This document shows, piece after piece, positions 1 to 9,091 of a stretch of DNA of 54,110 nt; positions within the stretch are counted from its first letter, which is position 1; the number at the start of each line of letters is the position of its first letter. The position numbers and the translations under genes are program-made. Where the stretch lies: positions 1-54,110 of IMG/VR virus record IMGVR_UViG_3300042484_002120; one strand, 5' to 3'. Source of the stretch: a virus (Duplodnaviria > Caudoviricetes). Under the pieces are notes generated by a model. The model saw only the letters and a program-made list of their open reading frames with translations. It searched no databases and was not told where the DNA came from.

Positions 1-377
1 TTAGGTGGGCACACCAGGTCCTAAAGAAGACATTTGCAGAAAACTTCACATCACAGGGGCTTCCTGTTGGTGGATGGTCCCCGCTTGACGCTGAATACGC
101 CTCATGGAAGGCCAGGGAGCTCCCAGGGAGACCAACGCTTGTCCGTAGCGGAGAGTTGTTTAAAAGCCTCTCCGAGCTATCTGACCCCTCTGTGAACCAA
201 ATAAACAAACTAAGTGCTACGTTTGGAACTGGAGTGAAATATGCTCCGTTCCATCAGACCGGAACACCAAACATGCCAAAACGCCAAATTCTTTTTATCC
301 CGCAATCCTTTGTCAGTGAATTTGCAGAAAAACTAGCAAACTACATTGTTGAAGGTAATGAAGGGTTGACAGCATAA
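1..377 (+). CDS. Phage virion morphogenesis / tail completion protein (Mu gpG / P2 gpS-like), 5'-truncated
   Basis: Frame 3 is open from base 3: GGWSPLDAEYASWK...PTLVRSGELFKSL...FGTGVKYAPFHQTGTPNMPKRQIL, the typical pattern of this family; lies upstream of the sheath. Confidence 0.75.
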   Translation, partial: RWAHQVLKKTFAENFTSQGLPVGGWSPLDAEYASWKARELPGRPTLVRSGELFKSLSELSDPSVNQINKLSATFGTGVKYAPFHQTGTPNMPKRQILFIPQSFVSEFAEKLANYIVEGNEGLTA

Positions 378-997
378 TGCCTACAGTTCCTGGATATCCA
401 TTAATGCATGGCGCTCAGTTTGCCAAGCAGTATGTAAACAATTACCTTTCAGAAGATGTTCCTGTAAGAATTATTGATTACCGTAACGGTTGGAATGTTG
501 ACGACATAACCCTCCCTACTCCTGAGGGGTTCACAACATACGAGCCGTTTGCTATCGATACATGGCCCCTTGTCATCACTGTGGTTATCTCTTCTACGGC
601 TTTTAACCGTATTGGATTTGATGGCCCAGACCCTCTTTACAGGGTTTCATACTCAATGCGCACCTATGTTTGGGTAAAAACAGAAGGCTCAGAAGAGTGC
701 ACAATAATGCGAGACAGGTTAACAACCGTTCTTAGGTCGGCCCTTCTTGATTACCCATGCCTCAAGGCTTATGACGAAAGAACATCTTTTAGGGCAATGA
801 TTGACGAAGGTTCAATTCGTGAAGAGTTTTCCGATTTAACACTGCTTAAGGGCGACAGAATCATGGCTGGGGCATATATTTCCTACAATATGGAGATAGA
901 TGAGGTAGTTTCTCGCAAGCCAATCGGCGTTGTGTCAAGCATTGATTTAGAAATAGAAGCCAGTGGAGATTCATCCGCGCCACTTCCTATTTTGTAA
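377..997 (+). CDS. Probable tail terminator/completion protein
   Basis: 206 aa, coupled by TAATG overlap; position directly before the sheath. Call is mostly from synteny. Confidence 0.5.
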   Translation: MPTVPGYPLMHGAQFAKQYVNNYLSEDVPVRIIDYRNGWNVDDITLPTPEGFTTYEPFAIDTWPLVITVVISSTAFNRIGFDGPDPLYRVSYSMRTYVWVKTEGSEECTIMRDRLTTVLRSALLDYPCLKAYDERTSFRAMIDEGSIREEFSDLTLLKGDRIMAGAYISYNMEIDEVVSRKPIGVVSSIDLEIEASGDSSAPLPIL

Positions 998-1122
998 CTT
1001 GTTATGTCGTATTCTATTTATACAGCATTCTTTTTAACAGTTGCAATAATCAACACGAAATCATCTGTACAATATAAACCGTTGGCGGCATTGTCACTCA
1101 ACACGAACCACAGGAAGGTCTT

Positions 1123-2643
1123 ATGCCAGGCGTAGTAATCTCCACAGCAGTCAGAACAGGCCCATCTTCCGCGACAGTGCGCGAATCTTCGCAGCTTTTT
1201 GTTGTCGGATTAGCAGAACGAGGAGCTGTTGGCGAAGCAGTTTTAGTTCAGAGCCTTGCAGAATTTGAACACATGTTCGGCGGATACGTTTCGTATTCGT
1301 ACCTCCACCCAACAGTAGAAACCTTCTTTGAAGAAGGCGGCACTCAGGCTTATATCTCCAGAGTTGTCGGTGCTGACGCAGAATCAGGAACACTTGTTCT
1401 TGAAGATTCTGACGAAGACCCCGTATTGACAATTGACGCAAACGGTGCAGGCGCATGGAGCTCAGATGTTGAAGTTACTGTTACTCAGCCAACAGGAACA
1501 ACCTTTGCAGTTATCATCTCTTACCAAGGTGACCCTGTGTACAACACCGGCAACGTAACTTCTGTAGCACAAGCTGCTGGTCGCATTAACTTGAGCTCAA
1601 TTGCTTCTCGCTACGTAACAGCAACGGCTGTTGTTGGCGCAACAACAAAGCCAGCAGTTCTTTCAGCAACAAACCTCTCAGCAGGAGATGACGACCTTGC
1701 ACAGGTTGACGACGACTCACTGATTGCCGCCCTTGAAGTCTTCAATGACTCGCTCGGTACCGGTGCAGTCTCAATCCCAGACGCAGAAACGGCAACTCGC
1801 CTTTCCGTTGGTGGACCAGTTACTGACTACGATGGCACACTAAAGGCCACTCAGGACGTTTCTACTGCTCTTATTGCTCACGCAAATGCAAATAATAGAA
1901 TTGCTATCCTGCACGGAGGCGCTGCCGATACTGTTGCTAACGCAATCTCGAAGGCAGGAGAACTTAAGGTTCTCACAGAAACCGAGCATGCGGCTATGTA
2001 CTTCCCGTGGGTTAACGTTCCAACAACGATTGCTGGTGTATCAAGGCTTATACCGCCAGACGGCTATGTTGCCGCCAAGCGTGCACAGGCTCACAACCAA
2101 GGTGGAGCACATGTTCCAGCCGCTGGTCTTATCTCTACAGCAAGATTCGTTACAGGTACTGCTCTTGATATCAACAAGACATCTGGTGACCAATTGGATG
2201 ACGAGCAAGTCAACTCAATTAGAATCATTCAAAACTCTGTAAGAATCTACGGTGCTCGTTCATTGTCAATTGACACTGAGAACTTCCGCTACATCACGAC
2301 CCAAGAAATCATCAACCATATCGTTGTTGCTTCTCAGCGGTCTCTCGAAGACCTTGTCTTCGGTGTAATCGACGGACGTGACACCATCTTCTCTGCAATT
2401 ACATCACGATTGATTGCAATTCTTGCTCCATTGCGCGAAGAAGGCGCTTTGTTCCAAGCATTTGATGTCAACGGAAAGAAAGTCGACAGTGGCTACACAG
2501 TTCGTTGCGACTCCTATCTGAACCCAGTCAGCCAACTAGCAGGCGGTACTGTCAAGGCTAAAGTTGGTGTTCGCACCAGCAGTGTCGGCGACAAAATTGA
2601 AGTCGACATTATCAAGTCGAATCTAACCGCTAGCGTCGTCTAA
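1123..2643 (+). CDS. Tail sheath protein
   Basis: MPGVVI start, VGLAERG, FFEEGG..AYISRV, YFPWV, PPDGYVA, IYGARSL motifs of contractile sheath proteins; AGGAAGG RBS upstream. Confidence 0.92.
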   Translation: MPGVVISTAVRTGPSSATVRESSQLFVVGLAERGAVGEAVLVQSLAEFEHMFGGYVSYSYLHPTVETFFEEGGTQAYISRVVGADAESGTLVLEDSDEDPVLTIDANGAGAWSSDVEVTVTQPTGTTFAVIISYQGDPVYNTGNVTSVAQAAGRINLSSIASRYVTATAVVGATTKPAVLSATNLSAGDDDLAQVDDDSLIAALEVFNDSLGTGAVSIPDAETATRLSVGGPVTDYDGTLKATQDVSTALIAHANANNRIAILHGGAADTVANAISKAGELKVLTETEHAAMYFPWVNVPTTIAGVSRLIPPDGYVAAKRAQAHNQGGAHVPAAGLISTARFVTGTALDINKTSGDQLDDEQVNSIRIIQNSVRIYGARSLSIDTENFRYITTQEIINHIVVASQRSLEDLVFGVIDGRDTIFSAITSRLIAILAPLREEGALFQAFDVNGKKVDSGYTVRCDSYLNPVSQLAGGTVKAKVGVRTSSVGDKIEVDIIKSNLTASVV

Positions 2644-2657
2644 AGAAGGATATAAAC

Positions 2658-3137
2658 ATGTCAAAAGTATCTCAGCGCCAAGTACTCGCCTCGGTCGTGC
2701 CGGTTGATGCTGGCAAACACCCGAAGTGGACAGGTTTTTACTTTGCCCAGGTTTCTGGTGGAGAAATTACTGCATCCGTAGAAAAGATTTACGAAGGCGG
2801 CAAGCTCCGTCCAACCGTTCTCTGTGCCCCATCTGAAGTTGGCGATATTACGCTGACCGCTCACTATGATGACGACAGAAACCAAGCAGACGGCCCTACC
2901 GGAATTGCAGAAAAGATTGCAACACTCCGCCCATTGGTTGGCCGTGCTTCATACGACATCACAATCGAGACTTTTGACTGCGACCTCAAGGTTCCAGGCA
3001 CGGACCGTGTGTACTCAAAGGCCCTTTTGGTTGGCATCACAGAGCCAGACGGTGACTCATCTTCTGGTGCTCCTGCGACTTTCTCGCTAACATTTGCCAT
3101 CTCGGACGTTGAGTCCGGTGCTGGCGCAGCTGGCTGA
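2658..3137 (+). CDS. Tail tube protein
   Basis: 159 aa directly after the sheath; FAQVSGG...GDITLT...FSLTF beta-rich pattern. Confidence 0.75.
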   Translation: MSKVSQRQVLASVVPVDAGKHPKWTGFYFAQVSGGEITASVEKIYEGGKLRPTVLCAPSEVGDITLTAHYDDDRNQADGPTGIAEKIATLRPLVGRASYDITIETFDCDLKVPGTDRVYSKALLVGITEPDGDSSSGAPATFSLTFAISDVESGAGAAG

Positions 3138-3178
3138 TAAATCTTCTCTTCTGAGTTCCATCACGGCCATGCGTGATG

Positions 3179-3194
3179 TGCTAGGTTTTCTCTT
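3179..3194 (+). promoter_or_regulatory. Extended -10 element, probable leaderless promoter
   Basis: TGcTAGGTT ends 7 nt before ATG 3195; no SD; 7-bp inverted repeat CATCACG/CGTGATG at 3159-3178 just upstream. Confidence 0.45.
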
Positions 3195-3734
3195 ATGACA
3201 GAAAACTCTGAACTCTATACAACATCCACAGAAGATTCTTCCCCTAAAGCAAAGCAAGTCAAGGCTGCTGTTGCTGCAGAAGAGACACCGCTTCAAAAGC
3301 TTACGGGCATTGTCAAGCGCAAGGTTGAACGCTCAGTTGTTCTAATCCCTGTTCCTGAACGCCCTGGTGTAAAAATCAAGATTAGCCCGAACATTACCCA
3401 GAACCAAATGAAAAACTGGCGTAAGCAAGCTGGTGAAGATACCCGCAACGGTATGGATGGAACACGTTTTGCTTGTTCAGTTATTGGCCACACCACTATC
3501 GGTATCTTGTTTGATGACGAAGAAGTATTCGATGATGCTGGCAATGAGCTGACATTTGCTTCTCCAGTTATTCTTGAGATGACAAACACAACTCGCCCAC
3601 TTCCTGACTGTGTTAAGGAATTCTTTGGAGTTGACCCTCATATTGAGGCTGCTGCCCTCTCGATTCTTGACGCTGCTGGATACTCTGATTCGGTGGACGT
3701 TGAAGACCCTACGAAGGGGTCTTCGACGAACTAG
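3195..3734 (+). CDS. Tail assembly chaperone (lambda gpG-equivalent)
   Basis: Between tube and tape measure; overlapped at its 3' end by a -1 frame ORF. Confidence 0.7.
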   Translation: MTENSELYTTSTEDSSPKAKQVKAAVAAEETPLQKLTGIVKRKVERSVVLIPVPERPGVKIKISPNITQNQMKNWRKQAGEDTRNGMDGTRFACSVIGHTTIGILFDDEEVFDDAGNELTFASPVILEMTNTTRPLPDCVKEFFGVDPHIEAAALSILDAAGYSDSVDVEDPTKGSSTN

Positions 3735-3898
3735 TTGAAGACCCTTTAGTCATCTCGGCAGCAAGATTAGGCGAACTGTTCGGGACAGACCCAGTAAGAC
3801 TTTTAGATTCAACAGAAACTGAATGGCTAATAAGGCTTGCTTGTGCTAAAGTAATAAGTAACGACCGCGAAGAGCAGGAACGCAAATCTAGGCAATAA
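3704..3898 (+). CDS. Tail assembly chaperone frameshift extension (gpT-equivalent)
   Basis: -1 frame open from TGA 3701-3703 to TAA 3896-3898 (EGVFDELVEDPLVISAARLGELFGTDPVRLL...ERKSRQ) with no ATG; hairpin at 3715-3746. Confidence 0.7.
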   Translation, partial: RPYEGVFDELVEDPLVISAARLGELFGTDPVRLLDSTETEWLIRLACAKVISNDREEQERKSRQ

Positions 3899-3964
3899 GC
3901 CAGATTTGTTCCTACACTCACGCGATTTTCCCAAAAATCGTAAATGAGCGTGTGAGGTCTAAAC

Positions 3965-6900
3965 GTGGCCAGGGCTGAAGGTACAGTCAATATTGAGGTA
4001 AAGGGTGCCGCTCAGGGCGCTCTGGAAGTAAAGACCCTTGACAAAGCTCTTGATAGGCTTGACGCTAAATCACGCAGACTTTCGTCTGGACAAAGAGCCG
4101 CCGCTGCCAGTACAAATTCACTTGGTACCAGTGTATTAAAAGCCAAAAAGTCTTTTGACAGCTTTGATAAAGGCGTAAAAGCGGCAGGAATGGGCCTGTC
4201 AAAATTTCTTGGACTAGCAATAAAGGGAGCAATTGCTAACTTTGCTCTTCTTTCTGTCTCGCTGATGGGCGTTCATGCTCTTTTTGTCGCAGGAAAATGG
4301 CTACACAAAGCTTATGCATGGGGAATGACTGCTATGGCCGGCGCGGCCGCCAGCGCAGCAGTAGCTTTAGGAACCGCTGCTGCTGCAGTCCGTGAACAAC
4401 AAGCAGCAATGTATGCGTTTACAAAGGGCGGAGCTGGAGAGTTCCTTACCGGAACAAACCAAGTTCGCAACGCAATGAGAACTCTTCAGGCTGACTCTCA
4501 GCTAGCAGGTCTTGGAGTTGCTGCACTGAACAAAGCCTACGCAGCAATGGCTAAGTCTATGAAGTCTTCGCAGATTGCACAAAGCGGTGGGTTGATGAAA
4601 AACCTCATGGACTTTGGTGCAGCCGGACAGGACCCTGCAGCAGCAGCAGACAAAGTTGGCGCGTTAATTGAAGCCCTTAATAACTCAAAAACAAGCATGT
4701 CTAAGGTTAAAGAAGCAGCAAAAGCTCTTGGCCCACAAATGGAACAAGCTCTTAAAAAAGCAAAGGTAACCAGCAAGAAACAGATGAAAGAACTCATCAT
4801 GTCTGGTGAGCTTGCTAAAGCCGGTGGTGTTGCTGGGCAGTTTGAGGCAGTTAACTCAACCCTCATTGGTCAAGCAAAAGCTTTCTTCACTCAGATAAAA
4901 GGTGAATTTGCAGACTTTGGTCAACAGTTTCTTGAACCAGCAAAAGTTGCAATGCAAAAAATCTTCAGGGTCATAAGAACCGACCTTTTGCGTGTCAGTG
5001 GTTCTTTGGGCGAATTTGGAAAAAACGATTTCTTTGATGGGCTTGTTACTTCTGTCGAAAAAGTGTCAAACTTTTTTGTAAAACTGATGAGAGAATGGTT
5101 GCCAAAAACTGATGGTTTTTTCAGAAACATGGGCAACGGTTGGGAAAAATTTGCTAGATGGTTCAGGATTTCGAAAGAACAACTTAAACCGTTCATAGAT
5201 GGCGCTAGAGCTATTGAAGGAATGTTCAAGCCGGTGTTTAATGCGGTAAAAGATGGATTTGTTGGGATGATGAAAGATTTCAACGTCCATGCCCAAGACC
5301 AGTCAGCAACTTTTGAAGAATTTGGAGAAAGAATTGCTGGAGTTGTAGAGCAGCTTTTTAATCTATTAAGAACAATGGAAGATATTCGAAGGAAAGCAAT
5401 GCCTTTCCTTAATGATGTTCTTGGGGGTCTTACCGAAGTATTCAAAATGCTCAACTCTATGGTTGGAAGTATTGGTGGAATGTTTGGCGGCAGCGGCGGT
5501 GGACTGATGGCCTTGGGTCTTATCGCTAGACAAATGAAAAATACCAAGGGCGGACTAATGGCCCAGGTTCCCAAAAATACTCAGACCATGAACGTAACTG
5601 CTGGAACTGTAAATCTTGGTGGACCAGGACAAGCCCCAGGAGGAAGATTGTCTTCTGGTGCTACAGGAGGAGGAATGCCCGGTCCTCCCCTTCCTGGTAG
5701 CCCAAGGATGTCTACTGGGCAACAGGTTGCTGGGGGCGGCGGTGCGGGTACTGCAGGTCAAGCAAGATACTTAGGTGGGAACCAACCTGGATATGCGTCT
5801 CTATGGGAAAGAGGACTATCAAGGTTCGGCGCAAGAAGCAGTGCGCCACCGGATTTCGTAGGACACGGCGGATACGACAGAAGGTCAAACGGTGCTATTC
5901 CTAGGCGCTTTAGGGACTGGCGCATGGGTCGAAGCATGGACAGACACAATGTAAGGATGTCTGCTGCATATGACCAAACACATGCGGGGGCAGGTCCTTT
6001 CCCACCTACGCATGGAGCCCTTTCTGGAGGCGGGGCAAGCTCTTCCTTGTTAGACCATCGAGTAAACGCCATGGATGTTCAGGGACTCCGGGCAACAGGG
6101 CAAATACCTGCAGGAATGACCAATGCTGAATATATGGCTGCCAGAAACGCTACGGTCCAAAACGTGCAAAATGGGCGAGTGAGGGCTGCCGATGAGCAGA
6201 TACGTAGAAATGGTGGCGGGTGGAATGTTGGCAGAACCCCAAGAGCAAGGTATCAAAATGGAAATCTTGTTCGTCAGTTTGGTGCAGGCGTAAGAGGTTT
6301 TAGCGGAAGAGGAGCCAGGTCCGCTCGTGGAATGATGGGCAACATCATGACTGCTGCAAACTCGCAGGTTGACAGTGCCCCAGGATTCCTGCAAAGTTCC
6401 ATAACAGGACGACAGATGGGCATAGAAAGGCTTCATGGACCTACCGGTGCTATAGAAGTTCTTCATCCGAAAACAGGAAATGTAGTCGCTGGTCTCGACC
6501 AGCAATCAGGAAAATTCAAAGGCGCAACATTCAGAAATTCCGGTTTTGGGCTTAAAAGAAAACTTATGGCCCACAACATGCGTCAAACCAGAAGCAGCAG
6601 ATTGGGTTCCGCAATCCTGGGTAATGACGAGAAAAAAATAGGTGGCGTAAACCGCAGCATGGGCGCAAAGATGGCCGTTGGTATGGGCATGGGAATGCTC
6701 TCTCAAAAAATGGCTCCAGAAGCACAGGGGGCAATGGCGCTTGGTGGGATGGTTGGTCAGTTCAACCCACTGGCTGGACTCGCAGTTGGTTTTGGTGGAG
6801 CAGCACTTAAATCTAGAACAGCAAAAGGTGGAGCAGCAACCGGAGCCATGGCTGGTGCGGCAATCGGAACAATGATTGCTCCAGGCGTAGGTACCGCAGT

Positions 6901-9091
6901 TGGTGCTGCCCTTGGTGCTATTACCGGCGCACTTGCTGGTTGGTATGGCGGAATGAAGCAAAGGGCAAAGGAAGCCAAAGCGGCAGTTAATTCATTCTTG
7001 GATGCTGTGTCTTTTGCCGAATTTAAAAAAGCTGGAATTCAATTAAAGAGAAACGAAGAAGCTGCAGCAAGAGGGGAAAGTCTTGCTGGACGAAGTGGAG
7101 CACTTGAAAACGTTGCTTCGAATACTGCCGAAAAATACAGAAATGTTGGTGCCAGATTTAAGGGCATCGATATGGACTTTCAAAAACGAAATGACCAAAA
7201 AGCGCTCAATTTCAGTCAGTCTGGAAATTCGTGGACAAAAGGGTGGAAGGGCGCTCTTACTGGACAATCAAGGTGGGGCAGAAGACTAAACCCACTTGGA
7301 TGGCTTACAAGCGCAGCTGGAGGAGTCACCCGTGGGGTTTCTCAGCTGATGGGCGGCCTTGGGAATATTCCAGGAATGGACACTGTATCAAAAGTTCCAG
7401 GATTAGGTTTCCTGGGCGGAAACAACGCCATAAACGACGACCAAAAGAAAGCTCTTGAACAAATAGAGTTATTGCGTAAAGACCCTGCATTTAAGGGGAT
7501 GATTAGTGACGATGAATACAAAGCCATAAAAGCTAGCCCCACTAAAGGTTTAACAGAAATTGGTAAAAAACTTCCAGAGCGCATAGAAGCAGCAACGATG
7601 GTTGGCGACCAATCAGCAAAGCGCATGGAAATGCTCAAAAAGATGTCTGGTAAATCCGGAGCGGAACTTGAATTGTTAGCCAAAAAAATGGGCGTCAACT
7701 TGTACGACTCCACTATGAGAATGTCAGACATGGTTGAAAAACTTGGCCTCAACATGGTTAGAACAACCGAGGAAATGAAAAACCTAAACATTGACTCATT
7801 CGTAAAGGGTATTTCTGATGGATTTGATGAAGCAATAAAAGCAGCAAAAGCCCCAGAAATTTATGACGAGCGGGGTCGTCAGGTTTTCGACGTTGTAAAA
7901 GGCGGAGGCAGCACTGCATCGGTCCTTGAAGCGTTAAAAGGTTTCCAGGAATCGTCTGCATCAATGGGCAAGGGGGCTATTGACTCCTTCTATGGCCAGA
8001 AAGAACAAATAGGAACAGCCGCTGACCCAGGAAAACTGTTTGGACCTGGTGGTGCATGGGCAAAAATGGACCCAGCAAAGTTCTTTACACCCGCAGTTGT
8101 TAAGGCACTTGCAGCTCAAGATGCAAGTACGGAAAAAGGATTTATTGGGGGCGCGTCCGAACAAATAACAGGAATGCTTGCAAACTCCGGAATGATGGGC
8201 AATACCTCGCAACTATCGGCTGTAATCAGCTCCATGGATGCTCCAAATAGGGAAAAATTCCTCAAAGATGTTGAGTCTGGCACTTTTAACATAACTGACC
8301 CTTTTGCAAACAAGACCGATGAGGAAGCAAAGAAAATATACGAAGCTAAGGGTTTTGATAGCAAAGAAGAGTACATGCAAAATGTGCTTTCTGACAAGTT
8401 TGGCGCATACGGTGCTACTCAGAAAAACTTTGAAATAGGGTCAATAGACAAAGACACCAATGCTGTAGCTGACAAGATGTCCACTGCTTCAGACACCTTT
8501 AAAACAGCGGTAGAGAACTTCAACGACAACATGGCCAGCTACTTCACTGACTCTACTGGAAAACCCGAATGGTGGTCGAAAGATGCCATGAAAGAAATCA
8601 TGAAGGATGACACAAATACTCCTCGTGGTGGGGTTGTTGGCGACACAACTTCTTCAAGACTCAGCCAGACTATGGCTAGACACAACTCCATTAATGGCTC
8701 CATTGCTGGAAAGAGGTCAATAACGTCTTCCTACAGAACCTACGGTCTTGGCTCCCTAAATTCGGACCATGTCACAGGCAGAGCAATTGACATTGTTGGG
8801 CAAAATCTTGGCTCTTATGCCGTAGCAACACGCAACGCTGGTGGATTTGCCGAGTTCCACGGAAGTGGTCGTGGAAGGCATCTTCATGCAGTTCCGGGAG
8901 CTGGAGCAATTGGTGACACATTGACCCCATCTTCTAACCAAATGGGCGTACCAACTAGCGCTACTGTTTCCTCAGGAACTAACTCGTTTACATTCCATAT
9001 CAATGGTGGACAAAACAATCCTGAAGAGATAGCAAACATGGTTATGGCAAAGATAAAAAATACTGAGCAAAGAGTAAGAGAGAGAACCTAA
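3965..9091 (+). CDS. Tape measure protein with C-terminal M15-like peptidase domain
   Basis: 1708 aa, Ala/Gly/Lys-rich helical protein after the chaperone; hydrophobic GAxAGAAIG segments; SDHVTGRAID...HLH near the C-terminus. Confidence 0.88.
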   Translation: MARAEGTVNIEVKGAAQGALEVKTLDKALDRLDAKSRRLSSGQRAAAASTNSLGTSVLKAKKSFDSFDKGVKAAGMGLSKFLGLAIKGAIANFALLSVSLMGVHALFVAGKWLHKAYAWGMTAMAGAAASAAVALGTAAAAVREQQAAMYAFTKGGAGEFLTGTNQVRNAMRTLQADSQLAGLGVAALNKAYAAMAKSMKSSQIAQSGGLMKNLMDFGAAGQDPAAAADKVGALIEALNNSKTSMSKVKEAAKALGPQMEQALKKAKVTSKKQMKELIMSGELAKAGGVAGQFEAVNSTLIGQAKAFFTQIKGEFADFGQQFLEPAKVAMQKIFRVIRTDLLRVSGSLGEFGKNDFFDGLVTSVEKVSNFFVKLMREWLPKTDGFFRNMGNGWEKFARWFRISKEQLKPFIDGARAIEGMFKPVFNAVKDGFVGMMKDFNVHAQDQSATFEEFGERIAGVVEQLFNLLRTMEDIRRKAMPFLNDVLGGLTEVFKMLNSMVGSIGGMFGGSGGGLMALGLIARQMKNTKGGLMAQVPKNTQTMNVTAGTVNLGGPGQAPGGRLSSGATGGGMPGPPLPGSPRMSTGQQVAGGGGAGTAGQARYLGGNQPGYASLWERGLSRFGARSSAPPDFVGHGGYDRRSNGAIPRRFRDWRMGRSMDRHNVRMSAAYDQTHAGAGPFPPTHGALSGGGASSSLLDHRVNAMDVQGLRATGQIPAGMTNAEYMAARNATVQNVQNGRVRAADEQIRRNGGGWNVGRTPRARYQNGNLVRQFGAGVRGFSGRGARSARGMMGNIMTAANSQVDSAPGFLQSSITGRQMGIERLHGPTGAIEVLHPKTGNVVAGLDQQSGKFKGATFRNSGFGLKRKLMAHNMRQTRSSRLGSAILGNDEKKIGGVNRSMGAKMAVGMGMGMLSQKMAPEAQGAMALGGMVGQFNPLAGLAVGFGGAALKSRTAKGGAATGAMAGAAIGTMIAPGVGTAVGAALGAITGALAGWYGGMKQRAKEAKAAVNSFLDAVSFAEFKKAGIQLKRNEEAAARGESLAGRSGALENVASNTAEKYRNVGARFKGIDMDFQKRNDQKALNFSQSGNSWTKGWKGALTGQSRWGRRLNPLGWLTSAAGGVTRGVSQLMGGLGNIPGMDTVSKVPGLGFLGGNNAINDDQKKALEQIELLRKDPAFKGMISDDEYKAIKASPTKGLTEIGKKLPERIEAATMVGDQSAKRMEMLKKMSGKSGAELELLAKKMGVNLYDSTMRMSDMVEKLGLNMVRTTEEMKNLNIDSFVKGISDGFDEAIKAAKAPEIYDERGRQVFDVVKGGGSTASVLEALKGFQESSASMGKGAIDSFYGQKEQIGTAADPGKLFGPGGAWAKMDPAKFFTPAVVKALAAQDASTEKGFIGGASEQITGMLANSGMMGNTSQLSAVISSMDAPNREKFLKDVESGTFNITDPFANKTDEEAKKIYEAKGFDSKEEYMQNVLSDKFGAYGATQKNFEIGSIDKDTNAVADKMSTASDTFKTAVENFNDNMASYFTDSTGKPEWWSKDAMKEIMKDDTNTPRGGVVGDTTSSRLSQTMARHNSINGSIAGKRSITSSYRTYGLGSLNSDHVTGRAIDIVGQNLGSYAVATRNAGGFAEFHGSGRGRHLHAVPGAGAIGDTLTPSSNQMGVPTSATVSSGTNSFTFHINGGQNNPEEIANMVMAKIKNTEQRVRERT

